A stretch of 62,781 bases of DNA, filler included, from Globobulimina sp. (GCA_003354225.1; 31 parts of 31 records of this genome joined end to end with filler, not necessarily neighbours in it), one strand, 5' to 3'. Positions 42,607 to 56,800 are shown, counted from the first letter of the whole stretch. Numbers and translations are program-made. The notes: generated from the letters alone by a model not told the origin.

Positions 42607-43141
42607 GTTTTACATTTGTTTTCACATTTTTTGCTTTTTTCCGCCTTTTTTTTAATTGAGGTTTATGAGAAACCGATGCATATATTTGAGGTAACAAATA
42701 TTTTGAATTTGAACTTGATTGTTTGATTGGAAATGGTGCACTCTTTGATTTTCCATATTGGGCAAATGCAATGGTATGCGGTATACGTACTTGTTCTAAT
42801 TCGAATGCATTAATTCTATTCGCTTCATGATCAGCTTTACCATACATTTCAGTGTCAAATAGCGGTATTGGCACAGATTTATGTTTTTTACATAATGTTG
42901 GATTATTTTTTAAATGTTTTTTTTTCTTTTTTTTATAATAATTCATTTTGTGTTTTTGATTTGTCGCAATTTTATAATCATCGATAGCAGAAAATTGCAG
43001 TTGAGAAAGATAGTCTTTTTTTGTACATTTTATTGCGGAAACCAGACTTAACACTAAGTCATCCATTTCAATTTGAGCAGACACATTTTGTTCCTCTGAA
43101 AATACATTTTCCAATTCTAATTTTTGTGGATCAACAGTCAA
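42607..43141 (-). CDS. Hypothetical basic protein, 3' partial
   Basis: Long open frame to the contig edge. No domain recognised and the start is uncertain. Confidence 0.35.
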
Positions 43142-43389
43142 TCGAAGGGATCGTATTCTTTTATTTGTTTTCTGTATATTTTTTGCTGTATATATGTGAG
43201 AGTGCTTTTAAAGGAAAGATTATCTACGCACAGAAACTTCATTTTCTTGCTCGATAAGTGATGATTCAGATTGCATTATACTTAAACTGGCCCGTCTCCC
43301 CGTTGACATTATACGTATGAAAGCTTACTGTAATATTAATAGTAATAACTACACTTCAACAAAAGTTCAAAACTTGGTAGCTTTCAATC

Positions 43390-44481
43390 ATGGTGCCACT
43401 ATTTCAACTATTGCTCATTCTCCTCGTTCGAAGTACAAAATCCGTGAGTTGCAATGGATGTGCTTGCCTTACCCAATCAACAGGAAATACATGTTCTTTA
43501 AAGTTAAATAATATCTATTGCGCACATTGCGAAATAATTCAATGTAAAAACATTGTCCACATCACAGCTGTAACACATCAGATACATGTCATTCCAGCAC
43601 ATTGACATGTCAAACCGGTCTGCCATGTATAATCATATGCAGTGCAGCTAAGGCCTGCGAAAATAGAATAATTGACGGCTCCACGGCAACACATGTCACA
43701 GTATATTGCTCTCAACAGCGTGCTTGCAAAGGTGCCTCTATCCGTTGTGGCACTGGTGATTGTTTGCTGGACTGCACAGGTAACGCTACTGATATTTGTC
43801 TATGGTCACAAGTTAGTCGTAACATTGAAACTCGCAGCTTCCAATGTGTCGGCAACCAGTGTGATAAACTCAACCCTCCATCTGAAACAATTGAATTTTC
43901 TCCATCTCCAACTATGGCACCAACTTTATCGCCAACAATTGCTCCATCACAGTCACCTTCACAACCACCTACGAATGCACCTAGTTCAACACCTACAAAT
44001 GTTCCATCATTTGCTCCTACATTGCCACCTTCCATATCAACATATGCACCGAGCATTGCTCCATCTGGTTCACCATCACAACCACCCACAATATCACCAT
44101 CTGTAGCACCGAGCGATGCGCCTTCATTCTCGCCATCATTGGCTCCATCGGCCGCACCTACTTATTCACCGTCAGATGCACCGAGTGATGCTCCAAGCAT
44201 TGCGCCCAGCATTGCACCAACATATATTCCAACCATTGCTCCATCATTAGCGCCTAGTTTAACACCATCACATTCACCGTCACAACCACCTACAACCGCT
44301 CCTAGTTTAACACCTACCAATGTCCCCTCATTAACTCCGACATTCTCACCAAGTTTTACTCCAACAATAGCGCCCAGTTTAGCTCCTTCTGGATCACCAT
44401 CGCAACCACCTACTTTGGCACCTTCTGCGGCCCCTTCGTTAGCTCCAAGTTCTGCACCGAGTGCTGCGCCAACTGTCATTG
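43390..44481 (+). CDS. Secreted Cys-rich protein with a long PT/PS (APS/APT) repeat stalk, spliced, 3' partial
   Basis: Signal peptide MVPLFQLLLILLV, an intron between the 43390 and 43602 ORFs, C-x5-C modules, and a GTATGC donor at 44482. Confidence 0.75.
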
Positions 44482-45138
44482 GTATGCTTGTGTTCTAATG
44501 TGATATTAAAGTATAAAATTAATATACAACTAAGNNNNNNNNNNNNNNNNNNNNNNNNNNNNNNNNNNNNNNNNNNNNTTAATTAATTAANNNNNNNNNN
44601 NNNNNNNNNNNNNNNNNNNNNNNNNNNNNNNNNNGGAGTTTTGTAGATGTAAAGCGAAATTAATTTGAGCTGTTTCTAATACGCAGTTGAGTCTATATAT
44701 GTCCAAAATTTCGTTGTGACCCTCCGCATTGTTGGTATCTGATCTGAGGTGCCTTTGTGTACATATGATTGGTGTATGTGTATGTTGGTTTGTGTTTGCG
44801 TTGTTGTTATGTATGTTTGTATTATTTATAAGATTATCTTGATTGTGTTGCTTATGTCCATTGCTGCTGACTTTGCCTCGGTTGTGCCAAGCCTCTAAAT
44901 TCTTTCTTGAATTTTTATGTTGCGATTTCTTGGCTGGTCTTCCCCCCTTATTCTTCTTTGCAGGCTTTGGATTGGTTATGTTCAATGAATCACCAACCGG
45001 TATACCTTCCTTTAGTGTGGCACCATACACTCGTTTCATCAAAAACTAAATCAAAACCTAAGCCTTACATTACTTCCCTCATTTCTTCGTTACTCAGCTG
45101 CAGCAAACTTACAGCAAACGTACATAAAACCAATTCAA

Positions 45139-45681
45139 ATGTCAACAAATAAATTAAATAGAGAGAAAATCCTCACTGCATTAATGAAAGATGGAGCCAC
45201 AAAAACAGAAATCGGTGCATTTATTTTGGCAATTTTTGATATCAAAAAAGATGCCTCGTTTCGCGCGAGTATTACAAAATTATTAGTACAAGCTAAGAAA
45301 GTTGGAATATTAAAACGTGGAGGCAATGCGTCAAGATATCTTATTTGTGATCCTGCCAAATATGAATCATTTAAAGCTGTTAAGTTAAATCCAATCAAAG
45401 TCGCAGCCAAAACAGCCAAAGCATCAACGTCAAAACCATCAAAAACACCAAGTACCGACAAACCAAAACCAAACCCAAAGAAAACTGCTGGCACTAAAAT
45501 AAAGCCACCAAAACATTCACCGCAATCAAACGAAGCAGCATTACATCAAAATCCATTTACATGTCATGGACCAAATGATGATGGATATAATGAAAAATTA
45601 TGTGCACCGGCTATTACACCAATCGATACAGCAAAGATTGCAGCTGCATTGACAACATTTGCTCCAACTATTACTGTATGA
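45139..45681 (+). CDS. Putative linker-histone H1/H15-like winged-helix protein with K/P/A/S/T-rich tail (probably continues after an intron)
   Basis: ILTAL.KDGAT..EI..FI....F.ASITKLL....K.G.L...G...RY fits the H15 pattern loosely, followed by AAKTAKASTSKPSKTP. Confidence 0.45.
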   Translation: MSTNKLNREKILTALMKDGATKTEIGAFILAIFDIKKDASFRASITKLLVQAKKVGILKRGGNASRYLICDPAKYESFKAVKLNPIKVAAKTAKASTSKPSKTPSTDKPKPNPKKTAGTKIKPPKHSPQSNEAALHQNPFTCHGPNDDGYNEKLCAPAITPIDTAKIAAALTTFAPTITV

Positions 45682-47014
45682 AATATCTTCTTATTTGTAT
45701 ATTTAATGTGTTTGCTTGATGATTGAAATTGTTTTTGGTATTTGCGTGTTAGTTGTAAATGTTTTTGATGTTTGAATGTTACTTTAATCACATACAAAAT
45801 CATAAATATATGCAGGCAATTATTGATCCAGAGGCCAATCAAAATTTAAAGACAAATCAAAAGCGATTTAGAGCATATAAATTTGCCACTGCTCAATTAC
45901 AAGAAGACGATCGCTATGCTCCTCGTTATATATATCCATCAAAAACATAAACTTCCACCTGTAATATTACAACATATCAATTTTTTATTTCCTTATTAAA
46001 TATAATTATTTAAATATTAATATCATTATTAAATATTAACTTATTATCAATACTTACTATTTATACTTGTATTATTATGTATTATTTTCATTAAATTAAC
46101 TTGGTTTGCACTGTTAACAATTGTTTGTATGTTTTTTTTCATTTTTTATGTCGTCATTGTCATTCTAAAATATTATTTGTTAACAGTGTTATTGTGTTTT
46201 TTTTTACATTTTATTTGATTGTTATCCAAACTTTGACGCTGAATAATAAATTTGTGTTGGCAGTCTGTTGCGCATAATCCAGTCATAGCATCTTCTCATT
46301 GCCCATTGCCATAATCCATGTCGTTATCACGCCGACAAACCTTTGCCTGACGACAGCATGCTTTTAAATAGTTTGTAAATTTGAGCAAGTCAAAATTTAC
46401 TTTGTAAAAACATGTTTCGATCATGACAACTAATGTTTGTCTTAAGAATGAAATGGTATTTGATTATTGTAATACTAATATATATGTAGTCAAACAAAGA
46501 AGAATTAATTGAATTGAAGCAATATTTGGGTGGACACCAACACTCTGGAAATGAGAAACGTTNNNNNNNNNNNNNNNNNNNNNNNNNNNNNNNNNNNNNN
46601 NNNNNNTTAATTAATTAANNNNNNNNNNNNNNNNNNNNNNNNNNNNNNNNNNNNNNNNNNNNTTCACCCTGAATGGGTTCAGCGATCAGGCCTGGAGTTT
46701 GTATATGTATTTTCTGTAAAACGAACCAACAGACAGGATTTGCCCACGCCACTGTCACCGATTAATAATATTTTCAATAAATAATCATAATCATTGTATT
46801 TATGTTTCCAACCTGACATAATATATATGTATATATATGAATTGGAGGTGGATGAATTGACGTATGTTGTTTTGGTACACTTTTGGAGGTTTTTTTAGGT
46901 AAAGCACGAGTTTTTTTTCTTCAAAATTAGCCAAATCATCATCATCATAAGTGACTCATCCTCATCGATAAGTCGAATAAGATCAAACATAAGTGACTCC
47001 ATTCAATCTGTCGT

Positions 47015-47812
47015 ATGCTAAATAATCCCAATACAATTGAATCAAATTCAAATATCACAGCAACCACAAATCTCACATTACCGCCATACCCATTTTTTTA
47101 CGATTTCCCCAATTTAAACCTAGCGCCAAATACACAAAATGCCGCGATTAGTAATGTAAAGCTTTTCAATTTAAATGTAACTTCACCGCACCATACAAAC
47201 TCGAACAACTCCAACGTAAACAACGCCAGCAACGCACCATTTAAATTAACTAAATTGGAGCAAGACATACAAAACAAAATTAAGCAATTTGTAAAAACTG
47301 ATTCACATATTAATTCTGGTACAAATAATGCGAAAAAATTTAAAAAACTCAGAAAGAAATATCAAGTGACCAAATATCTGAGCAATAATATCCAATCTTT
47401 ATTCCATACGCAATTAAAAAAACAAAAAACTAAATCTGACACTAAATATGTGTTGAAAACTGCTGCTAAAATCAAAGGGCCGCTAAACGATTACAAACAA
47501 TTACCACAGGCAACACCTACAAATTTAGAAATTGTTGGCAATACACGAAGTAGCTCAAATATCGATAAAAGTTGGAAACGAATCGTGTCGCATCGACGGT
47601 GCAAGGCAGGGAATCGCGTGGCAGTCATAAATACGATAAACTATGACGGAAAAAGTGTGACTGTCAAAGTGTATGGCGTTGTGAAGAAAATATATTGTCA
47701 TTATATGACGGTTGTAGTTCCCACAAATTATGAAAGAAAAGAATTCATTGAAAGGAAAGTGTATCTTTTTGATATTAAAAATGGTAAACAAGTTATTTTT
47801 CGAATTAATTAA
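47015..47812 (+). CDS. Hypothetical basic protein (265 aa)
   Basis: Complete ATG-to-stop ORF with a beta-rich C-terminus. No family recognised. Confidence 0.45.
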   Translation: MLNNPNTIESNSNITATTNLTLPPYPFFYDFPNLNLAPNTQNAAISNVKLFNLNVTSPHHTNSNNSNVNNASNAPFKLTKLEQDIQNKIKQFVKTDSHINSGTNNAKKFKKLRKKYQVTKYLSNNIQSLFHTQLKKQKTKSDTKYVLKTAAKIKGPLNDYKQLPQATPTNLEIVGNTRSSSNIDKSWKRIVSHRRCKAGNRVAVINTINYDGKSVTVKVYGVVKKIYCHYMTVVVPTNYERKEFIERKVYLFDIKNGKQVIFRIN

Positions 47813-48929
47813 TTAATGAGATGATTAATTGTCGATTAATTGGCAAAAATTATCTGATTATGTAGAAACGATATCTGATTAATCAGCAATATTATTGATT
47901 ATTATGTGGACCGATGAACGGCATCTTATTAATTATTCACTGCGATTACGTACAGTAATTTAATTTGCATATTGGTTTAGTATCACATTGCAAAATGGTC
48001 ACACGATCAAATTTCAACACTGCCTTTGTCAACAATGTTGAGTTGTGGTCTTGAGATAATTTTGCAATGTCTTATTTGTGACCCGGTTGCTTTGTTATTC
48101 TTTGTAGTGTGTTGATTTATGATATGTTTTTTATCGGAACATTTTAACTGATTTTCACTTAAATAAATCCTTTTGGTCGAGAATTCTCGTAGTAGATCTA
48201 AACAAAACATCGTTTCCGCAGAAATTAACTCATTTAACTAAACTGTTTTTTTCTGAGAAGAGCATGACCTAATGGCCAAAGGCAAGAAGAAATAAATGAT
48301 GAACACTGTCAAAACGTTAACAACACAAACAACACAAACGATCACACACAAAACACAAAAAGACGTTAAACACAGCTAGGCGTCCAAAAATGATCAATTA
48401 ATTATAAGATCGATACATAAACTAAAGAAAATACACAAAGTTCAACATAAAAACAAACCTACAATTTTTGCATAATGATCATTTTTGGCATTTTTCTATG
48501 GAATTAAGCAAACAAACAATAGATAGATACAGTACATGACATGACAATTAACACAAAAACAAACAGAGGATAGAGGCGAGAATATAAGACNNNNNNNNNN
48601 NNNNNNNNNNNNNNNNNNNNNNNNNNNNNNNNNNTTAATTAATTAANNNNNNNNNNNNNNNNNNNNNNNNNNNNNNNNNNNNNNNNNNNNAACAACATGT
48701 TGGATAAATATAGTTGGTGTCATCGGAGAAATTGCCGACAGCAACAACCGCCATGGAAGATAAGATCCAGAATACATCCACAACGGCAAAGTCATTTTGA
48801 TTCAAATATGAACAATTTCTATCAATAAAATAACGTTTTTCTTGCATATTTGCACAGCTTTAAGCTTTTTAAATATATTGATTTTGTCAAGTAGGCAGTA
48901 GGCTTTTCTTAGGAAAACTTTTCTGATAA

Positions 48930-50618
48930 ATGGGAATTAAAATGGCGCTTTTTCATGTGCATCTTATCATTTTCTTTCTGCTAAGTATAAGTGTGTCAGA
49001 TTCATCACTTATTACGCTACATGTTAATGACAATAGTAATAGTTCATCTTTTTGTGAATTATCTTTACAAATTAAAAATGGTATCATTTACCTGATTACA
49101 TTGTTTACTGTGCACACATATCATATGTATTATGTTATGTATGTTGTATTGAATAAAACAGAACTACACAAGTTTGAAATAAATTCGTTTGAATCGTACA
49201 ATATTGAAATAGATAAGGATTCATATATTTTGTTAAATAAATGTAATTCAGTTAATAATATTGGAGGCACACAATTTGTAATTGATTCGTATTGTAATTA
49301 TTGTATACGTAATTATGAATGTTTTATATTTGATGTTTATAGTTTGGTTTTGTTGCATTATATCAATTTAATTAATTCATAACAAAAACAAGAAAAACAA
49401 AAACAAACAGGAAATAAATGTAAAGCGTGTACTGATCGGTTACGATCATTGTTATCATCAAACTCAAACATAACGACAACAGCAACCACAACCACACCGA
49501 CACCGACACCGACAATAAAAACAATAAAATCAGACGAAACATTTTTTGGTCGGCAGTTTTATGGCATACCAATTATGGCATATTTTGCATTTTTATTTGG
49601 CATTGTATGCATTGTCTGGATATGTTGTATTATTGCATTGTGTATTGGTTACCGCAAAAGACACAAAGCCATCAAAGCAAAAGGCGCAAATATAAGAAGA
49701 AAAGGAAAAGGAAAAGGAAAAGGAAAAAGAAAAAGAGAAACAAAAACGGTATCTAATGACAAGAAAATGGATAATTTGGATAAACCATCAGCTGCAAAAC
49801 AAATTAATTCTTTATCGGCGACACCAAATTCAAAATCAGATCAAACCACACAGCATATTACAAATATACAACAGCAAGTTTATACATACAATATTAACAA
49901 CATTAACAATAATAATAATTATCATTCACCAAAAACAAAACCAAAACCAAAACCAAAACCAAATATTGAATTACAAATAGTAGAGCCTCCAAACTCAAAC
50001 TCAAAACCAATGGGCATGATTTTACCAACAAATGTATTGTCAAAACAGAGTTCCATTGGAAGCCAGAAATCGTACCCATCGGACAATGATATTATATTAC
50101 AAATGGAACAGGACTGGGCCTCGGAGAATGGAACCAATATATTTGATTCTTCGCCATTAACTGATATGGATCACCAACTCATTGAGTTGAATGCCAGTAA
50201 TCCAAATATCAGATTTAACTCATTCAATACCAATACCAACACAGCCACAACTACTTCGAACAAAACTATTCCTATCATATATGCAAAAACATTCGGATTA
50301 ATGCCTGCGGCCAATCCCATGGCAATTCGTACGCGTCCCATTGATGAAAATATATTTGATATCGACGATGAGGAAAGCCAACAAACCACAAATACTACAC
50401 ACTCCACACTCAGTACATACCAACAAACAAATATATCATCAAACATATCAGAGAGTAGTCATAATTATTATCATTATAAAACAACAAATAATAAGAATCC
50501 ATTTAAAATAAATGCAAGATTGAGAATGAAAAATGACGAATCCACTCAATCCAATCAATCAATACGTTTCCCAAAGGAATCAATGCCATTTCCACATAGA
50601 CAAGAGGAAAAAAAAGAA
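48930..50618 (+). CDS. Single-pass type I membrane protein with a low-complexity cytoplasmic tail, spliced, 3' partial
   Basis: Signal peptide at 48930, Thr-rich stalk, TM FAFLFGIVCIVWICCIIALCIGY and a basic stop-transfer segment. Confidence 0.65.
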
Positions 50619-51211
50619 NNNNNNNNNNNNNNNNNNNNNNNNNNNNNNNNNNNNNNNNNNNNTTAATTAATTAANNNNNNNNNNNNNNNNNNNNNNNNNN
50701 NNNNNNNNNNNNNNNNNNTGAATTAATAAAATAAAATAAAAATCTTTCAGTTTGGTTGCTAATTTTTTTATTTTTTTTCTATTTTCGGATTTCTAACACA
50801 AATATATTGGTCACACTCTGTTTTATTCGCAAAAATCTAAAAATATTTTTTTATCCTTACAAATAATAAAAAACAATGTTAGAAAACAGGAAAAGAAAAA
50901 ATTAGCTCCACCGAATACTAAATAGCACTTTCTGATTCACCATAGAAATCACCACAAAATCACCATTTTGACGTCATATCATCCTTTATATTGTTGATTG
51001 TTCTTAATGTACATTTCTGGTATGAATTATTCAGTGGTTGGATTATCAGTCATCAGTGCAGTAGTTAGCGGTGATATGCTTGGTTCTGAAGTTGATGCAA
51101 ATGTTGGTCTATCCCTGGTTGGTGTGACATTTCTTTTTTTTCTTTCAGTAAATCTTTTGCGAAACAACATTTTAGACGAAACAGAGTGAAACAGTTTAAT
51201 TTTGAGAAAGT

Positions 51212-52646
51212 TTAATTTTGTTGAAAGAATTGATGCATTTTATCATGCAATGTTTTTTCATCATATTTATGATATTTGCCTCTATCTTTTGTAAATTCAA
51301 TATTTTTAAACTTGCCAACAAATATGCGATACATCGGCAACACGATATCAATATTCCTATTAATTAATTCTAACCGCAAATTGGTATCAGGCACACTAAA
51401 AAAAGACTGTGTATTCAATTGTAGCTCAAACTCTTTATTAAATCCTGCAAATCTTTGTTTTATTGGTTTCTTTTCTTTCGATGATAAATTTGCTGCTTTA
51501 TCTGTAAAAAAATCCGTACGCAATTTACTTAAATTTATATATTCCTTCACTTTCTCCCACGTCGCCTGCTCATATCTTGTCTTATATTTATTGATATCAT
51601 TCTGCAGCGACACCACAACCTGTTGACCGCAGGCAATCTCCAACTCCGTGTCGCCGATTGTACGCACAATATAATGCAAATTATTTAACATAAATATCGC
51701 TTCCAATGTCTTTTTATTCGCGCCGTACTGCACCGATTTCAATTTTATATTATGCCGCAATGCTTTGACGATATCCACCAACGTCTTCTCAATCTGTCTC
51801 TTCCTCAAATCGCGTTTATCATTTTCCTGCCGATTGTTATTCACCAATATCTTCATCGGACTCACACTCTTTTGAGTGTCATACAAATGTTGCAAAGCCT
51901 CCCTATACTCATAAACGCCAAACATCAATTTCACCGTTTCGATGGTTAAGGGGTGATAGCCGCCGTCAATGCGCACATTTTTGCTTTCCGTATGTTGATG
52001 GATTTGGCGGACCCGCTCTTCCAACGTCGACGCACAATTTAGATACAATTTATCGCCCAAACGCGCCAAATGAGCCATGCCCCGCTTATCCATATTGATA
52101 TTTATATCCATCTCATACGCATTGTCGTTGTCATCTATGTCTGGCCCATAGTCTTTGGACTGATTCAATATTTTATCAAAAGCAGGATATAATTTCATCC
52201 AACAATCCACCAAAGCCAACTTGACCAATATCATATTCTTATGGATCGAGTCATTGATAATGGCCGCTTTGGCCGTGGACTTCGCAGTGATTTTGGCGGC
52301 TTCTTCGAGTGAAATATTGGGATTGGTATGCAACGCATTCATTTGATTGAAGGACACCCTCCGTTTGTCCAGCCCGCCTTTGCTGATCTGCGCATTGCGG
52401 GTCACGGCCATAATATCCTTGACACTCAGCACGGTCTCAACCGCTTCAATCATTAACTGCAGCGGCTCCGAGATCACTTCATTGAAAAACTCGTCAAATT
52501 CCAGCAAAACCTCATTCTTCACGTCCAAGATGGTGGAACATAAATGCCTCTCCAACTGAAACAGAGAGAGTCCAATGTGCAAATATAAGATTATCGGATG
52601 TGATTCCGACTTTATATCAATTAATACGAGATCCGCTGCGATGACA
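51212..52646 (-). CDS. EXO70: Exocyst complex component Exo70, 5' partial
   Basis: AIFMLNNLHYIV, YEQATWEKV, IKQRFAGFNKEFE, SVPD.NLR and FTKD..KY.KY. Confidence 0.9.
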
Positions 52647-52746
52647 NNNNNNNNNNNNNNNNNNNNNNNNNNNNNNNNNNNNNNNNNNNNTTAATTAATT
52701 AANNNNNNNNNNNNNNNNNNNNNNNNNNNNNNNNNNNNNNNNNNNN

Positions 52747-54596
52747 AGTATATATCATGTAAAACATGCTTGCGTTATTTAATTCCGATACTGATATATA
52801 CACAAACCATCAACATCTGAAATTACAATTTTGGTGTCAGACTTCCACAGAAATATACATCCAGTCACACTCTGCGTGCCCTGTAATGTCGAACTCACTG
52901 TAAAAGTAATACTGTTACACCCCCTTTTCAGGGGCAATTTGCTCAATATTTCGCAGGTTGGCCGCAATGTTTTGCGGAAATATCCCATCGTCCCATCACT
53001 TAATAACACCCCTTTCGACGTAATGTCAAACACTTCGTCATCTTCCTCCTTCTCCTTCTTCTCCAGCACTCTCTTCTTTTTCCTCTTCTTCTTCTTTCTT
53101 TTCTTCTTAAACCAACTCCAATACCAACTGTAGTCATTGGCGGATGCTGCGCCTGCACCCTCTAAATCTTCTGAAGCATTGTTGTCGTCGATGGCGATGG
53201 ACAAATTATGGTGTTTCTCCTCTTTCTCTTCCTTTTTGTTCAATTTCTTGATAGCTCTGTCCGTCAATGGTCTGCCAAACGACAACAACGAAAATAACAT
53301 TGGAAAGGCAATCTTTGCGGGATACAGACGGCCGCCATACAAAATAATCAAATTCTTATCGAAAACCATGGAGGGATTGGTGCAAAATTCATTGTATGAA
53401 ATGCGATATTCTTCGAACAGTTTCTTGTTTTTTTCCTCTGAATCAACGCTGAACGCAAACAATTAATGTACAGCAAAGTGGCACGGAGGCAATGCGAAAG
53501 AATATATATAGGAGAAATACCTCAATTTGTGCCCACACAAACTCATTTTGACATGTTCGATCATGACATGTGTCCCGGAAAAGTTGTCAAAGTGTAAGTC
53601 GCCTTCCACAGACTCTATGTTGCTCTCATTGTCCGTGCCAGTTCCAACCGACTCGTTATCCGTAGCAGTGGCACTGTCCAGTATTAAATCCTTGGATAAC
53701 ACTTCGCGATCCTCCAGGAAAGAGCTCGTGGCTGATAGTGTCGGAGAGGTCAAGTTGTTCGGCATCTCAGTAGAATTATTACTAATTTTATTGTCCGGCA
53801 GAGGCACTGCAATCGCTGCATTGCCGCTTTTTAGTGGCAGCTCTGCTGAAACGGCGTCAGTTAACTTATCAACGTCTAACGGTTCAGTGATGTCTAGCGA
53901 CTCGGTGGTGGCCTCACTGATATTTAATGACGGCATTTCATCCATTTTTATAGGCGATTTCGCTGCGCTCTCTGCTCCGGTCATGATTTGTGACAAATTA
54001 ATGTGTTTTTTATCTGTTTCGGTGGAGGTTGTTGATGGTTTGAACGAAGGTATTGTGATATTTTTGTTTAGCGGTTTGATGATTGGCGAAGTTAAGGATT
54101 TTTTATGTTTTAAGGGTTTGTTGGTTGGGACGACAAAGTAAGCCTCGCCTTCGATGCCCAGCTTCATTTGCAAATTGTCGATGTGTTTGTCATTGATGGT
54201 GACGGAGACGTTCACTTCATTGGAACGTAATAGCTGCAATTTGCCAAAGCGTACATGAAAGGGACTGCTGATGTAATAGTCCTTGGTCGCATCTATGTCG
54301 TCGCCGAAGTCCTCGATGGGATACTTGGCGGTCTTCGCGTGGGAGGTTATGGATGATTTGTAATCTCCGTCTAAACATCGCGGACGTGAGTTGGGCGGAT
54401 GTTTGATGACTACGATGTCGATGGCACCGGATAAGGTGGCTTGGTTGATACCAAATGCACTGTTTATTTGCAAATATGTGCGATTTGTTTATGGTTTGTT
54501 TAAATTGGATGACGGGACGTACTCAAGCGCTTTGACTCCAAAAGATGACACTCCTGTCATCACAGAAGAGGTCAGATCTTTTACAAGCGTCGCCAT
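52747..54596 (-). CDS. PAH1: Lipin / phosphatidate phosphatase (Pah1/Ned1/Smp2), multi-exon, 3' partial
   Basis: NLIP domain (INQATLSGAIDIVV, SPFHVRFGKL, MKLG.EGEAYF), middle SLCG, and LNS2 domain KIVISDVDG cut by an intron. Confidence 0.93.
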
Positions 54597-54773
54597 GATG
54601 AAATGTAGAGATTGATTATTTAAAAAAGTAGCAATGAAAAACTGTGCTTTTTTAGAAAAATAAGTAAAGGAACNNNNNNNNNNNNNNNNNNNNNNNNNNN
54701 NNNNNNNNNNNNNNNNNTTAATTAATTAANNNNNNNNNNNNNNNNNNNNNNNNNNNNNNNNNNNNNNNNNNNN

Positions 54774-55475
54774 GGCGGATACACCGGGTTATACTGCCGC
54801 GAGACTAGGAACTGGATGCCATAGTTTTGTAAGGCCAGATTTAGTAACACCGCGGGACCGGTTAAGAAATAGCCGCGATGGCCGCAGACATTTACACCAC
54901 GGTCGGGCTCATAGCCTCCAATCATCCATAATAACTCGTGATGATGTCGTAGTTTGTCGGCGGGATTCAAGCGCAAATTGCCCACTTTTTTGATTAAGGC
55001 GTTGTCTTTTTCTTCGTTGTTGGAGATTGGCACTGAATCTTCGACAATGTTTCCGATGGTATGTAATAATGCATCGCGGGCAGCTTTTAATTCTTTTTCT
55101 GTTTTGGTGGATTGTTGCTGTTCAATGTCTTGCTGTTTTTTTGCATTTTTGAATTGTTGGAGTTGTTCTTGTTCCGATTCGTTTGGTTTTCGTTTTTCCT
55201 TTCTCTGTTTTAGAATTATTGAATAAATTATTTACGAAAATTCAGGAGAATTCGAGCGAGAGGGTTTAATTAACTGTGTTTTCCATTATTTTGCCAAATT
55301 TGATGGACATTTTACGTGCTTCTTTTCGTAAAAGATCCAATTTTGAGATTTCTTTTCTCCATTCATTGTCTAACTCTAATACTTGAGAAACTATTTTAGG
55401 ATCTTTAAAGCGTCGAACTTGGGATTCTTCCACAATCTTTGGATTCTCCCGAAGCAAGGCAATCGACAAAGGCAT
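54774..55475 (-). CDS. SARS1: Cytosolic seryl-tRNA synthetase, spliced, 3' partial
   Basis: NPKIVEESQVRRFKD..V..V.ELD.EWR coiled coil, IGNIVEDSVPISNNE and RGVNVCGHRGYFLTG..VLLNLAL. Confidence 0.93.
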
Positions 55476-55564
55476 TTTTTTCTGATGTACTGAAGTAAGT
55501 GTTTAAAATAAATGTCAATCAATCAATCATGAATCATACTCTATGTCTTAAATAAATGGGATTA

Positions 55565-56252
55565 TTATTGCTTTCTTCTATTTTTTTGAAAAATGTTTTT
55601 ATCTATTTTTTTGTACCATTTTTCAGTAAATCGTCTTTTAGAGTCCTGTTTATATCGAATTAATATATGTGTATCATTTATATCGGCAATCCATCCTTGA
55701 ATTTCTGCATTTTTTCTTTTAATAAATATTGTTTTTCCTCGTGCAAAGCGTGTTGATGATGTGTATTTTGGTTCAAATTTCAGAAATCCATATTTTGATT
55801 TATACTTTCTGCGTTTTGACGATTTAGTTGCGTTCTTTTCATTCCTTTCATCGATCAATGAATTCTAAATGTCACACTGTCATCAAATCATATAAAAATT
55901 GATTCATATATAGAGCATTAACTTTAATTTCTTTTTCATTTTCCAATTTGGGTCTATTTCCTCGGTTTTTTGTAATTTGTGATGCATTTCTACGTAGTTT
56001 ACCAACAGTTGCAATTGATTTTTTATCATGGACTTTTTTTTCAAATTCACGTAAAAACAAATCATCACTGTCTGACTCTGACTCCGTTTCTGAATTATTA
56101 TTTTGTAAATCAATTTGAACTTTTTTTTGAAACTCATTTAAAAACAAATCATCATCTTCTGACTCAGTTATTGTGTCATTATTTTGTAAATCAATTTCCA
56201 TATCATCATCATTATTGTGATTGAATTGAGTTTCTTGATCACTTATTTCCAT
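55565..56252 (-). CDS. Hypothetical protein with a duplicated acidic motif, probably two exons
   Basis: IDLQNN..TESE..DDLFL.EF.KKV occurs twice, and two adjacent ORFs are separated by an intron-like segment. Confidence 0.45.
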
Positions 56253-56480
56253 TTCACTGATATCCTCTATTTATTATTTGAGTTTGACGGTAGTTTGCTT
56301 AGGTTTGTGTCACGTGGTTTGTGTAATGTAAACAAAATAATATACACCTGTTCCAATCTCAACATTTTGACCAAACATATTCATTGCATGTGCTAGTATC
56401 GATCATGCAGCAGAAACGAAAGGATGTGATGTTGAATATAAACTTAAAAAAAAACTTTCTCTGTTTGTGACTTTGGCTGC

Positions 56481-56700
56481 ATGGCAGAGCAATACATTCC
56501 CGACACAGAATTGATAGTTTGGATCGGTGGTCCTTGTGTTGTTGTTTTTGGTTTTATCTGGTTGGCCACTTGTTTGGTTCCCTCTAAACCAACAAAGTCA
56601 AAAGCAAAAAGAAAATTCGTTAGAAAAGACAGTGGCCATCATTTCTTCGATAGAACAGGTTCAATTTATAAGTCTAAATTTGAATTTATAACGTATCCAT
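56481..56700 (+). CDS. Small TM protein N-terminus, 3' partial
   Basis: ATG, then a hydrophobic helix and a basic stretch. Confidence 0.4.
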
Positions 56701-56800
56701 NNNNNNNNNNNNNNNNNNNNNNNNNNNNNNNNNNNNNNNNNNNNTTAATTAATTAANNNNNNNNNNNNNNNNNNNNNNNNNNNNNNNNNNNNNNNNNNNN

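Noticed and set aside
47800-47965. Cluster of ATTAAT/CTGATTA motifs as transposon subterminal repeats
   Set aside because: Too short and AT-rich to distinguish from background, and no TIR or transposase is visible.
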